Shown here piece by piece: positions 1-9,655 of a stretch of DNA of 64,000 nt; within the stretch, counting starts at the first letter, position 1, and the number at the start of each line of letters is the position of its first letter. The stretch is from a virus. The notes beneath the pieces are model-generated. The model did not search any database. It was given only the letters and a program-made list of their open reading frames with translations, and was not told the DNA's origin. The stretch lies in IMG/VR virus record IMGVR_UViG_3300020419_000013, positions 3,103 to 67,102 of that record. One strand, given 5' to 3'. Position numbers and translations under genes: made by a program.

Positions 1-1
1 C

Positions 2-2452
2 CAGAATTTAAACAGTAGAAACTCACCACTATCAGATAGAATATACAATGGTGGTAAGTCTATCTGTCTATTGGATGACCTTCATGATGATTGTAATGGC
101 ACCATAAGAATATCTAATATCTCTAAGGCGAACTCAGGAATAACAGAAGATCATGATCACTACTACACTATCCGTAAGCAAACTGTATTAGAGCCACCTA
201 CTAAAGCTTCTAATAGGAATTACTATCTCATTCCTAATGATGTTAGCAATGTCATAGTAATGAATATTGATGTAGAGAAGGGTGGAGCAGGATATAGAAA
301 TACTTTGTTTGCATACATTGAGACAGATGGTGTGCCGAGGTGGGCTCAGCTCTTGGTCGTAGATGCAACCAATCAAACTGGTATGTCACAACATATCATA
401 CCTATCACTATCCTACAACAATACAAGGGAGGAAACTTAGGGTTTGCCCTTGTGTCTAATGGTGCTCAACTAAACTCATACAATGTAGGTGATACATTCA
501 CATCATTCTCTCAACTATCTGATGGATGGAGGATTACTGGTGTCTCATCAGCAGAATCTAACTACACACTCTTCTCTAATGATGCATTGAATCCTAGGGG
601 ATCTGTAAGTGATAGTAGAGACTACACAGTATGGAAGGGTGACCACTGGCAATGGTGGGAAGATCTGATTGGTGGTGACAGTGACTTTGATGACTGTAAA
701 TTCTGGCATGAAGTCATATGGGCAGGTGGATCAACAACATATGAAGGTATTCAATGTTATGTGTGGGAGAATGACTCACCTACACCTGTAACCAAACCTA
801 TGCTCACTAAGAATGACTGTGATCCTAGATTGTTTAAGACTTCATTCAAAGATGTCATGCTGATGAGAGCTGACTGTGGAGCTCTAGTTGTAGATGTGAC
901 AGGTAATAGTAGTGACGCAGGATGTGGTAAATGTCTTGGTGAATATCTATTCCAAGTTAATAGGACACAGAAATCTACGATACTACATACTGGAAAGTTT
1001 TCTCTTCGTAGTATGGGTGGTATCACTCAAGGTCTATCGGGTGACTGTATTGTATTTGTATTACAACTATCAGTTAATGGATCTGCTGTTTGGGAAGGCA
1101 AGTTTAAAGCAGGTGACTGGCCAGAGATAGGAAAGAAACTACACACAGAAGAATTCTTTAGTGTTGTCAAGGATGATGTAGTTAAATTTAAAGTTACTGA
1201 GATCAAGCGTGGTCCTACTGTTGGTAATGTTACACCACGCATAGCAATACTTGATGAGGAGTCTTATCTCTTCGAGAGCACCTTCTCTATGCGTCTACAA
1301 ACGCAAGACGGAGACGCTAGGTCTATTCCATACCCTTCGACTGTAAATCCAGAAGCTGAATCATCCAAAGGAGTTGGTGGAGCAATCACTGGGTTTGACA
1401 TGTGTTACATACACAACAACGAAGACAGACATAAGAATGCAGAGATTGAAGAAGCACAGAAGTGGTATAAAGTATGGGAGAATTCTGCTGCTGTTAATAC
1501 TGATGCCACTTACAACAACACTACAAACTATACCAAGTATCAGACATGGACTAACCGTAAAGGATCAGTCATTCGTGGATGGGATGGCACAGATAGGAAT
1601 TCATACATTGATACCTATGGTTTCCATACCGATGACAAGTCACAACACTTTAACTTATTGCTCACCAGAATGTTATTCAAAGATGGTAAGACAGGTCCTC
1701 AGTATATTGATGGAGTCAACGCACCTAACGATGTGAAGAGACACATACAAACAGAGACACACTACGCTAGACTACAGAAGTATGCCTCTGATTCTTTTGC
1801 ATGGTATGAATCTAAGATGAATGGGTTTGCAGAAGATGCTGACACACAGTGGATGGTTGACAACCTATACAATGGTATGCAACAGAATCCTGAGGTTAAT
1901 ACAAGACTTGAGCCAGGTTATTTCATACAGGACTACTGGTTGATACCAGAGGATGATGAAAACCAAGAAGACCATGGCATCGGTGCTAACACTGCTAAGA
2001 TCCGTGTTGGTATAACATTCTGGGCAAAGAATGAGGGTTATGGCACAGGTAGTAGACGAACAACTAACTTCTATGCTACAATAGAATTATTGGAAGTCCT
2101 TGATTATGGTGACGGTTACGGAGAAGGTCAGGAGTTTGTATTCTACTGGCCACCAAAGTATACTGATCGCATCACTGATTATTCTACTGCCAATTCTGTA
2201 TCACCTTACTCTCCGACGTTAGATCCACATAGATCAGTCTCTGGTAGTTACAATCCTGTAAGTAAAAACATACCTGCAGAAATTGCAATCAACTATGAGC
2301 CAGGTGGAAGAGGGTATAGAGATACTAAGAGACCTGTTTATGATGCATACTATCAAGAGTCACATAATAGGGAATCGATGTATTGGTTTATAGATAAGAA
2401 AGAATACAAGGATAGAGTGAAATTTAAAGTACGTATCAACGGAGTACAGTAA
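2..2452 (+). CDS. Large virion/tail-associated protein, DUF4114-like (5' truncated by the window edge)
   Basis: The frame is open from position 2. It has a WEDLIGGDSDFDD motif typical of DUF4114 and a DHDHYYT motif resembling HFYT repeats. Confidence 0.6.
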   Translation, partial: QNLNSRNSPLSDRIYNGGKSICLLDDLHDDCNGTIRISNISKANSGITEDHDHYYTIRKQTVLEPPTKASNRNYYLIPNDVSNVIVMNIDVEKGGAGYRNTLFAYIETDGVPRWAQLLVVDATNQTGMSQHIIPITILQQYKGGNLGFALVSNGAQLNSYNVGDTFTSFSQLSDGWRITGVSSAESNYTLFSNDALNPRGSVSDSRDYTVWKGDHWQWWEDLIGGDSDFDDCKFWHEVIWAGGSTTYEGIQCYVWENDSPTPVTKPMLTKNDCDPRLFKTSFKDVMLMRADCGALVVDVTGNSSDAGCGKCLGEYLFQVNRTQKSTILHTGKFSLRSMGGITQGLSGDCIVFVLQLSVNGSAVWEGKFKAGDWPEIGKKLHTEEFFSVVKDDVVKFKVTEIKRGPTVGNVTPRIAILDEESYLFESTFSMRLQTQDGDARSIPYPSTVNPEAESSKGVGGAITGFDMCYIHNNEDRHKNAEIEEAQKWYKVWENSAAVNTDATYNNTTNYTKYQTWTNRKGSVIRGWDGTDRNSYIDTYGFHTDDKSQHFNLLLTRMLFKDGKTGPQYIDGVNAPNDVKRHIQTETHYARLQKYASDSFAWYESKMNGFAEDADTQWMVDNLYNGMQQNPEVNTRLEPGYFIQDYWLIPEDDENQEDHGIGANTAKIRVGITFWAKNEGYGTGSRRTTNFYATIELLEVLDYGDGYGEGQEFVFYWPPKYTDRITDYSTANSVSPYSPTLDPHRSVSGSYNPVSKNIPAEIAINYEPGGRGYRDTKRPVYDAYYQESHNRESMYWFIDKKEYKDRVKFKVRINGVQ

Positions 2453-2817
2453 TGAGTGGTTTTGGTGAGCAGCCAGGTCGTAAGAGACATAAGGACTGGG
2501 CAGATAAATCTCTACAAAAAACAACAAGAGAATTAAAAGTCCTTCGTGATGTCATTGAAAAGTATAAGGATGATCCAAAGGGTCGTGCTAAGATGCTTAA
2601 GAAGATGAAAAGGTATTGGAATAGTCCTATTCAGACTATCAGAGATCTAGATATGAAACCTAGTGGAAAGAATATAGTTGACGAATTGAGAGAAATACCT
2701 TATGATAAGATGGTGGAAGACTATCGAGAAGAAGTCGGTATAGATTCTCCCCATGACCCTGTTGATACTACAACAGACGAGGCAGAAAACATTAGAAATT
2801 ATCTAGAAGGTAAATGA
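2452..2817 (+). CDS. Hypothetical protein
   Basis: 121-aa ORF translationally coupled on both sides (TAATG, ATGA). Confidence 0.75.
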   Translation: MSGFGEQPGRKRHKDWADKSLQKTTRELKVLRDVIEKYKDDPKGRAKMLKKMKRYWNSPIQTIRDLDMKPSGKNIVDELREIPYDKMVEDYREEVGIDSPHDPVDTTTDEAENIRNYLEGK

Positions 2818-3959
2818 AGGTAGCTGTGATCGGTAGAGGTAGTGGTGGATTGATTTCCATCATGAATCTATTGACGTACGACATCCAAGTCGATTGTTAT
2901 TATGATCCCGAAACTTCCCAACTCCCTGTCGGTGAGTCAACCACACCTCAATTTGCATCGCTGATTGAATGCACGTTAGGTTTAACCATTGATGATCTTA
3001 TATCTCTTGGTCTTGCTTCACGCAAGAAAGGGATTGAGTTTGTTGGATGGGGTAAGTCTAAGCATTTCTATCATAGATTTATCTATCAAGATGCAATACA
3101 TTTCTATACCAAAACTCTTAACCCATTTCTTCAAGAGAATCTTGAGAAATATAAAGGGGTAAAGTTTATTGGCAAACGTGTTACTGCATTGAATGCACTG
3201 CAGAATGAATACGATTTTGTTATTAACTGCTCGGGTGCTCTAAGCAATTATAGAAAAGAGATTGACATACCATGTGTTAATAGTGTATTATATTTTGACG
3301 ACCATAAAATACATGGTCATCCAGAGTATACATATCATCTGGCACATGAGTATGGGTGGAAGTTTAGTCTTCCTTTTCCTGAGAAGGGACTTTCTAGAAC
3401 GGGTTACCTCTACAACAGGAAGTATCAAACTCATCTCGACGCAGAGATCCTCTATTCACAAGGGGATCTTTATGAATGGGTGCCTTCATACGCACCCGAT
3501 ATGATTGTCAATAACAAGTTGGCACTGAATGGTAACGCTTTACTATTCTTCGAGCCTCTTCAAGCACTTTCACTTCTTCATTACGATATGGTCGCAAAAA
3601 GAATCTGCGACTATATTGTTAATGGCCAAACATTAGAGGAGAAATTGCTAGGTAATCTCTGGTATCGTAGAATGATCGAGGCATACATTGATGCTCTCGC
3701 TTTTCATTATCAGTATGGTAGTGAGCACAATTCTGGATACTGGGAAGAGGTCAGTAAAAAAAGTGTCACAAGGGTTGGACACAAATGGTGGAATGATGGT
3801 ATGCTTATACATCAGGTGCGATCTTCTTGGGAATCGGGTAGGAATACTCACCTAACAAGTCACCCTGATTACTACTACGCACCCGATCACACAGGCATCT
3901 TCGGCATCACTTGCATGTATCAATTACATCAGGGACTGTCAGGAGGTGCACACCGTTGA
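2814..3959 (+). CDS. Short, divergent tryptophan-halogenase-family flavoprotein
   Basis: GRGSGG FAD motif, VGESTTP, Lys in SRKKGIEF, GWKFSLP (variant of WxWxIP), FFEPLQA. Confidence 0.75.
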   Translation: MKVAVIGRGSGGLISIMNLLTYDIQVDCYYDPETSQLPVGESTTPQFASLIECTLGLTIDDLISLGLASRKKGIEFVGWGKSKHFYHRFIYQDAIHFYTKTLNPFLQENLEKYKGVKFIGKRVTALNALQNEYDFVINCSGALSNYRKEIDIPCVNSVLYFDDHKIHGHPEYTYHLAHEYGWKFSLPFPEKGLSRTGYLYNRKYQTHLDAEILYSQGDLYEWVPSYAPDMIVNNKLALNGNALLFFEPLQALSLLHYDMVAKRICDYIVNGQTLEEKLLGNLWYRRMIEAYIDALAFHYQYGSEHNSGYWEEVSKKSVTRVGHKWWNDGMLIHQVRSSWESGRNTHLTSHPDYYYAPDHTGIFGITCMYQLHQGLSGGAHR

Positions 3960-3989
3960 CATTAAGACGGTATTAAGGTATACTAAATA
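3956..3989 (+). promoter_or_regulatory. Sigma70-type promoter overlapping a late promoter
   Basis: TTGACA(3956)-N17-TATACT(3979), overlapped by TAAATA(3984). Confidence 0.8.
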
Positions 3990-3994
3990 CCATT

Positions 3995-4098
3995 ACAAAG
4001 GACTCGAAAGATCGTAACCCTGCGTAGATTAAAAAGACTTCCATGTCGGGAGGTCTAACATCCGCAGGATTTTTTTCTGCGAGAAACTAAAAACAAAA
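3995..4098 (+). ncRNA. Structured 5' leader, candidate cis-regulatory RNA
   Basis: Nested stems CCTGCG(4019)/CGCAGG(4063) and AGACTTCC(4035)/GGAGGTCT; an alternative stem CGCAGG/TCTGCG(4076) is possible. Confidence 0.55.
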
Positions 4099-4458
4099 AT
4101 GATTAAATCACTCTTAGCAGTAGCAGCAGTCTCTGCATTCTCAGCACCTGTATTAGCAGGTCCTTACGTCGGTATCGACACAAAATCAAAGTGGACAGGT
4201 TCTGACTACTCTTCAACCGAATTCACAGGAAAGATCGGTTACGAAGGTAAAGTTGGTACTTCTAAGTACTTTGTAGAAGGTGGTCCTATTACAACAGCAC
4301 CTGATGGTGGAGAAGCAGATACAGAGATCTTTATTGCAACTGGTGTAGGTTTCCCTATCTCAGATTCAGTTGGTGCAAAAGCATCCATCAAGTATGAATC
4401 AAATGAAGGTGGAGACAACAAGTACGAATTCAAAACTGGATTAAAGTACAAGTTCTAA
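4099..4458 (+). CDS. Small outer-membrane beta-barrel (porin-like) protein
   Basis: Signal peptide, amphipathic beta strands, C-terminal GLKYKF with terminal Phe. Confidence 0.7.
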   Translation: MIKSLLAVAAVSAFSAPVLAGPYVGIDTKSKWTGSDYSSTEFTGKIGYEGKVGTSKYFVEGGPITTAPDGGEADTEIFIATGVGFPISDSVGAKASIKYESNEGGDNKYEFKTGLKYKF

Positions 4459-4480
4459 GTCAAATCCTATATAATAAACT

Positions 4481-4510
4481 AGGGGTCATATGACCCCTTT
4501 CTTTTTCTTT
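4481..4510 (+). terminator. Intrinsic terminator
   Basis: AGGGGTCATATGACCCCT hairpin followed by TTCTTTTTCTTT. Confidence 0.75.
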
Positions 4511-4518
4511 ATAATATT

Positions 4519-4770
4519 ATGGCAAAGATTCCTGCTACTACAACAATCTATACAAGAAACGGTTGTCCCTATTGCACAAAAATAAAAGAGGTGTATAATA
4601 TGAATCGATGGAGTTACAACGAGATGAAACTTGATGTTAACTTCGGACGCGATGCATTCTATCAAGAGTTTGGTCGTGGTGCTACCTTCCCACAGGTAAT
4701 CATTGGTGGGCAAAAAGTTGGTGGATGCACCGACGCTGTAAAACATCTACGAGAAGGCAAATTCCTGTAA
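4519..4770 (+). CDS. nrdC: Glutaredoxin (NrdC-like)
   Basis: CPYC active site, TFPQV and VGGCTD motifs. Confidence 0.9.
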   Translation: MAKIPATTTIYTRNGCPYCTKIKEVYNMNRWSYNEMKLDVNFGRDAFYQEFGRGATFPQVIIGGQKVGGCTDAVKHLREGKFL

Positions 4771-5117
4771 TGAAAATCAGAGACGCTAACGAATTGTATG
4801 AGTTGATCGAGAGATCAATCGATGAGGCATTCGAGAAGAAGCGTTTCCTCTTTAACATGTATGGGTATCTCAAGGGAGCACAGTATACTCGTAAAGAAAC
4901 TACTAACTTCATTGAATCCCCTACTGCAAACTCACTCAACGAAACCGTCCTAGATCTGGACGCATACATCAAGGGAGGAGACAAAGTATTGCGTGAAGCA
5001 TACGGACACATCCCTAAACCAGAAGCAAGAAAGATCAGGAAGTATCTCTACACAATTCTAGAAGATGCATGGAAGTATGAGAGAGACCGACGACCTGGTC
5101 GTAAGCAGGCTAAATAA
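4770..5117 (+). CDS. Conserved cyanophage hypothetical protein
   Basis: Coupled start (TAATG at 4768); LREAYGHIPKPEARKI motif. Confidence 0.75.
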   Translation: MKIRDANELYELIERSIDEAFEKKRFLFNMYGYLKGAQYTRKETTNFIESPTANSLNETVLDLDAYIKGGDKVLREAYGHIPKPEARKIRKYLYTILEDAWKYERDRRPGRKQAK

Positions 5118-5141
5118 AAACAGCAGTATTAGGAGTAACCT

Positions 5142-5381
5142 ATGGAAGATCTATCTTTTCTTTATATCTCCTTCTTTCTCACGGTTGGTAGCTTCATTGT
5201 CGGATTTTTGGTATCATGGAATATCAAAGCAGCATTCGATGAGTGGCAAGAAAAAGCAGACTATGCTAAGATAGTTATGCACCCAGAAATGTATGACGAG
5301 GATGGTAATTTCCACCAAGGAGATCTATTCTACTTGCGTTTAACCGAGGAAGATGATACAATTACTGACACTGATGATTAA
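5142..5381 (+). CDS. Small membrane protein (DUF2973-like)
   Basis: N-terminal TM helix, HPEMYDEDG motif, AGGAG RBS, upstream CTAAATA at 5110. Confidence 0.65.
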   Translation: MEDLSFLYISFFLTVGSFIVGFLVSWNIKAAFDEWQEKADYAKIVMHPEMYDEDGNFHQGDLFYLRLTEEDDTITDTDD

Positions 5382-5383
5382 TC

Positions 5384-5824
5384 ATGCAAAAACTATTGAT
5401 ATGTGAGGTCTTACAAAAGGCTCACTCTGCTAAGACAAAGGCAGAGAAGATTAAAATTCTTCGTGATAATAACAGTCAAGCACTACGCACAATGTTTATC
5501 ATTAACTTTGATGAGACCGTTGTGCCAAGAGTGCCACTCGGAGAGGATGTACCTTACCGACCCAACGAAGCACCGATGGGGACTGAGCATACTAACTTGC
5601 TTAATGAAGCAAAGAAAGTATACTACTACTTTAAAGGTGGAGCAGACAATCTTTCTAACATGAAGGTTGAGAATATGTTTATTCAACTACTGGAAGGTTT
5701 GTATAAAGATGACGCTGTTGCATTCATTAAAGCAGTCAACAAAGTATTACATAAGAAGTATCGTATTACCAAGGCGGTAGTATCAGAAGCATTTCCAGAA
5801 ATTAAATGGGGTAACAGATCTTGA
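5384..5824 (+). CDS. Conserved T4-like phage hypothetical protein
   Basis: 146 aa; FIQLLEGL and ITKAVVSEAFP motifs seen in marine T4-like phages. Confidence 0.75.
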   Translation: MQKLLICEVLQKAHSAKTKAEKIKILRDNNSQALRTMFIINFDETVVPRVPLGEDVPYRPNEAPMGTEHTNLLNEAKKVYYYFKGGADNLSNMKVENMFIQLLEGLYKDDAVAFIKAVNKVLHKKYRITKAVVSEAFPEIKWGNRS

Positions 5825-6099
5825 GCGTCTATATTGATCCAAGAAAAACTAAAGAAGTTAAACAAGAAGAAGTCGAAGCACCTCGGACTGAGGAATGGAT
5901 GGCGAAGATTGAGAAGATGGACAACGAAGAGTTGGGTCGCAAGATTGCAGCAGGACTTGGTTACCTCTTGATATCTCCGCTTGTTTTTATGCTCCTTTGG
6001 AATTGGATCATGCCAAGTCTCTTCGGTCTAGCAACCCTAGGTTATTTGAAGTCACTTGGACTCCTTTTACTTGCACGACTAATTTTTAAGCATGACTAA
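5821..6099 (+). CDS. Hypothetical membrane protein
   Basis: Two hydrophobic helices, LWNWIMPSLFGL motif. Confidence 0.7.
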   Translation: MSVYIDPRKTKEVKQEEVEAPRTEEWMAKIEKMDNEELGRKIAAGLGYLLISPLVFMLLWNWIMPSLFGLATLGYLKSLGLLLLARLIFKHD

Positions 6100-6781
6100 T
6101 AAAGTTTGTCTGATTAGTGTCACCCCTGACGCAGAGAAAACTATGGGATACGTTGCTCGTGTGAGTAACCCTAACAATCAAGACAATCCAAACGTAGCAG
6201 GACTTCTGTCCTACTGTATCAAGCATCAGCATTGGTCTGTGTTTGAGCAGGCACACCTGACACTAGAGATCAATACCTCTCGTGCTATTGCAGCACAGAT
6301 ATTGAGACACAGGTCATTTACATTCCAAGAATTCTCACAACGCTATGCAGCAGTTGAGAAAGAGATTCCTGTCCCTGATCTACGTCGTCAAGACGATAAG
6401 AATAGACAGAATAGTATCGATGATGTGCCACAAGAAGAAAAGTATTTCCTACAAGGTAGGATTGCACAGTATTTTAATGAAGGAGTAGATTTATATAACG
6501 AGTTATTGAGACACGGAATTGCTAAAGAGTGTGCTAGAATGGTATTACCTTTATCAACCCCCACTAAGATATACATGACAGGATCAGTCCGCTCATGGAT
6601 TCACTACATAGATTTACGGTCTGCTCATGGCACACAAAAAGAACACATGGACATTGCAAATGCTTGTAAGAAAGTATTCATGTGTCAATTCCCTATCGTC
6701 GCTAAAGCACTTGAATGGTGCGAAGACTGTGGGTGTCCCGATGAGTGGGACGATTTACAACCGTGTTTAAGGATAGACTAA
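6092..6781 (+). CDS. thyX: FAD-dependent thymidylate synthase
   Basis: ThyX signature RHRSFTFQEFSQRY; HWSVFE; KECARMVLP. Confidence 0.97.
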   Translation: MTNKVCLISVTPDAEKTMGYVARVSNPNNQDNPNVAGLLSYCIKHQHWSVFEQAHLTLEINTSRAIAAQILRHRSFTFQEFSQRYAAVEKEIPVPDLRRQDDKNRQNSIDDVPQEEKYFLQGRIAQYFNEGVDLYNELLRHGIAKECARMVLPLSTPTKIYMTGSVRSWIHYIDLRSAHGTQKEHMDIANACKKVFMCQFPIVAKALEWCEDCGCPDEWDDLQPCLRID

Positions 6782-7011
6782 TGCCAATCTACAATGTGAA
6801 AAACAAAGAGACAGGAGAGAAACAGGAGTTTCAGATGTCTATCTCTGCATACGAAAAGTGGAGAGAAGACAATCCAGACTGGGATAAAGACTGGCAAGCA
6901 GGTATCGCAGGGACAACCTACGGTTTACCTAGACAGACTGACGGATTCAAAGAAGTCATGTCCAAAGTCCAAGCAGCACATCCCAAAGCAAACCTTAGCC
7001 GTTACACCTAA
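6781..7011 (+). CDS. Conserved small protein upstream of phoH
   Basis: MPIYNVKNKETGE start, coupled to the thyX stop; usual cyanophage thyX-x-phoH order. Confidence 0.75.
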   Translation: MPIYNVKNKETGEKQEFQMSISAYEKWREDNPDWDKDWQAGIAGTTYGLPRQTDGFKEVMSKVQAAHPKANLSRYT

Positions 7012-7754
7012 TGCCAGGAAGGAAACAAAAGACACTAGCAAACATTCCAACTAAGGTCATGCGGAGAAAGAAACCTATCAATCTCGAGCACCTTAAAACC
7101 ATTGAGCCTCTTACTGAAAACCAAGAGAAGATCTGGAAAGCATATGGTGAGGAGCAGAATCTTGTGCTCCATGGAGCAGCAGGGACTGGTAAGACATTCA
7201 TCTCTTTGTATCTTGCATTGAAGCAATGTCTTGACCCATCATCTAAGTATGAGAAATTATACATGGTGAGATCTCTTGTGCCTACACGAGAGATTGGTTT
7301 CCTACCAGGTGACCATGAAGATAAGTCAAACCTTTATCAGATTCCTTATAAGAATATGGTAAAGTATATGTTTGAGATGCCAGACGATAATAGTTTCGAG
7401 GCATTGTATTCTAATCTTCGTGCTCAAGAAACAATAAGTTTCTGGTCTACCTCTTTTATCAGGGGTACAACATTTGATAACTCAATCATACTAGTGGATG
7501 AGTTTAGTAACTTGAATTTTCACGAGTTAGATAGTATAATTACTCGTGTCGGCACAGACTGTAAGATTATTTTCTGTGGCGATTACTTTCAATCAGATTT
7601 AGTAAGGTCTAATGAGAGAGAAGGTATCTTAGACTTCCTTAGAATTCTAAAACAGATGCCATCCTTCACCTGTGTGGAGTTTGGTATCGATGACATCGTG
7701 AGGTCAGGTCTTGTTAAAGAATACCTCGTATCTAAAATACAACTTGGTTATTAA
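7011..7754 (+). CDS. phoH: PhoH-family ATPase
   Basis: GAAGTGKT P-loop, IGFLPG, RGTTF, DEFSN, GDYFQSDL, DIVRSGLV. Confidence 0.96.
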   Translation: MPGRKQKTLANIPTKVMRRKKPINLEHLKTIEPLTENQEKIWKAYGEEQNLVLHGAAGTGKTFISLYLALKQCLDPSSKYEKLYMVRSLVPTREIGFLPGDHEDKSNLYQIPYKNMVKYMFEMPDDNSFEALYSNLRAQETISFWSTSFIRGTTFDNSIILVDEFSNLNFHELDSIITRVGTDCKIIFCGDYFQSDLVRSNEREGILDFLRILKQMPSFTCVEFGIDDIVRSGLVKEYLVSKIQLGY

Positions 7755-7759
7755 TTATT

Positions 7760-8434
7760 ATGTTTAATTATGTGGGACCTCCTTGCGAGATCCCTGAGTT
7801 AGAATCACGCACCCTAGAGCAGGGTAGATTCTACAAACTTGACACCGTTTGGGTGCCATCTGTGACTACTGTCATAGGTCATCAATCCAAGGCAGGTATC
7901 ATGGAATGGCAGAAGCGTGTCGGTTTCCATGAAGCAGAAAAGATTCGTATGAAGTCTTCATGGAGGGGGACAAAGTATCACAACCACGTTGAAAGGTATT
8001 TAAGAAATGAAAATGTTGAGGCACATCAGAAAGGCGAAGGTCTTACCAACTACCTTTTTAGGGCTGCTCGTAAGGATCTTGATCGTATCTCTGATATCCA
8101 TCTTATTGAAGCCCCTCTTTATTCTAACAATCTATTCCTTGCTGGCCGTGTTGATTGCCTTGCTCACTTTGATAACGAGCTTGCTGTAATTGACTTCAAG
8201 ACTACAAGAGAGTTAAAGAAACCTCAGTGGTTGGAGAATTATTTTGTGCAGTGTAGTGCATATGCTTACATGTATTATGAGCACACTGGTATTGAAGTAG
8301 ACAAACTTGTAACGATCTCTGTGTCTGAAGCAGGAGAGATGCAAGTAGAGCAGAGATATGATAAGGAGAAGTATATTAATAAACTTCTCGATTATATCAA
8401 AGAGTATAGGGATTTCATTGAGTCACGTCTATGA
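7760..8434 (+). CDS. PD-(D/E)xK exonuclease
   Basis: PSVTTV, RGTKYH, AGRVDC, IDFKT and QCSAY motifs. Confidence 0.9.
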   Translation: MFNYVGPPCEIPELESRTLEQGRFYKLDTVWVPSVTTVIGHQSKAGIMEWQKRVGFHEAEKIRMKSSWRGTKYHNHVERYLRNENVEAHQKGEGLTNYLFRAARKDLDRISDIHLIEAPLYSNNLFLAGRVDCLAHFDNELAVIDFKTTRELKKPQWLENYFVQCSAYAYMYYEHTGIEVDKLVTISVSEAGEMQVEQRYDKEKYINKLLDYIKEYRDFIESRL

Positions 8435-9054
8435 AAGACTCCTTCTTAGGGATACCATTCTATCGTTTCTATTACACTGGTGACACTGATAAAGTTGCAG
8501 CAGACTTAGCAGAATTGGATTGGAGTCGTAACGATTCTAATTGGATCTGGGCAAAGGTTGATGGTCGTGCACAAGGACCTAACCTACATGATGAGCCACA
8601 GTTTGCTGATCTATTTGCATGGATGAATGAGTGTCTTGAAGAAGTAAGACAAGACATAGCACCCAATGCTACAGAGTTAAAGTTTTGCTCATCATGGGCA
8701 AACAAGAATGATCCTGGTGATCATTTCTTTGATCACACTCATCCAAATTGTTTCCTGAGCAGTAATTATTACGCATCTGGACACAAACAAGACAAAACAG
8801 TTTGGCTTTTACCAAATCCATGGTATACTAATACTAACATCTCCCCCTTTGGAGATTACACTGATACTAAGTATCACATTTTGCATGAGGAGCCTACTGA
8901 GGTTGGGAAATTTGTTTGTTTCCCTCCCACTATCAGACACTATGCACAACCGAATACAACAGAAAGACCTCGCATGACAATCGCAGCAAACGCATTTCCC
9001 TCGGGACTCATTGAGTCTGGTGGAGTCTCTCGCTTAAGACTGGAGGTCTCATGA
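8431..9054 (+). CDS. 2OG-Fe(II) oxygenase-like protein (TIGR02466 type)
   Basis: SWAN..., HTHPN, FPPTIRH, RMTIAAN. Confidence 0.8.
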   Translation: MKDSFLGIPFYRFYYTGDTDKVAADLAELDWSRNDSNWIWAKVDGRAQGPNLHDEPQFADLFAWMNECLEEVRQDIAPNATELKFCSSWANKNDPGDHFFDHTHPNCFLSSNYYASGHKQDKTVWLLPNPWYTNTNISPFGDYTDTKYHILHEEPTEVGKFVCFPPTIRHYAQPNTTERPRMTIAANAFPSGLIESGGVSRLRLEVS

Positions 9055-9296
9055 ACGACATTGAAAAAGAATTTATGACCCAAGGAAAATTTACCTCTCT
9101 GGTAGAAAACCTTGTCAAAGAAAGTGAAGGTCTACTAAATTATATTGAAGCAGTAACAACTGTCTGTGAAGAATACGGCATAGAGATAGAAGTTGTTAAC
9201 AAATTAATCTCACGTCCTTTAAAGGATAAAATTAAGTGGGATGCTCAGCAACTAAATTATGTTAAACGTACAAGTAGAGGAGTCCTACCCCTATGA
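9051..9296 (+). CDS. gp33: Late transcription coactivator gp33
   Basis: NYIEAV...LISRPLKDKIKWDAQQLNY; position upstream of gp32. Confidence 0.9.
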   Translation: MNDIEKEFMTQGKFTSLVENLVKESEGLLNYIEAVTTVCEEYGIEIEVVNKLISRPLKDKIKWDAQQLNYVKRTSRGVLPL

Positions 9297-9655
9297 CTGA
9301 AGACAAAGATGATTTCTTTCAGAGTGATGTAGTAAGAAACTCTCTTGAAGATATTCAAGTTACTTATACAGAGTTACTCAAGATGTCTGCAGGATTTGCA
9401 GAGTATGATATAAAGAAAAGAGTAGAGCACATTGACAAGACACTAGAGTTGATTGCTAAACAGAAAGTATTTTATGCACGACTAGCACTCGCATCACATG
9501 AGGATGAATCAGATGAGGCAGTCGATTATATTAAAGATAGAGTAGACACATTGTCATTCAAAACCACAGGTGGTATGGATCTTATGTCTGTGCTACAGGT
9601 TATGGAAGACAAACTTCTCGGATGGAAGAAGGAGTTAAATGATGCCGAACAATGA
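9293..9655 (+). CDS. DUF1825-like protein
   Basis: FFQSDVVR and KQKVFYARLAL motifs. Confidence 0.7.
   Translation: MTEDKDDFFQSDVVRNSLEDIQVTYTELLKMSAGFAEYDIKKRVEHIDKTLELIAKQKVFYARLALASHEDESDEAVDYIKDRVDTLSFKTTGGMDLMSVLQVMEDKLLGWKKELNDAEQ

Noticed and set aside
6960-7011. Pho box upstream of phoH
   Set aside because: phoH is coupled to the upstream ORF and no tandem PyTTAAPyPy repeats are visible
7760-8434. Exonuclease read as Cas4
   Set aside because: No four-Cys Fe-S pattern and no CRISPR context; it sits in the usual slot after phoH
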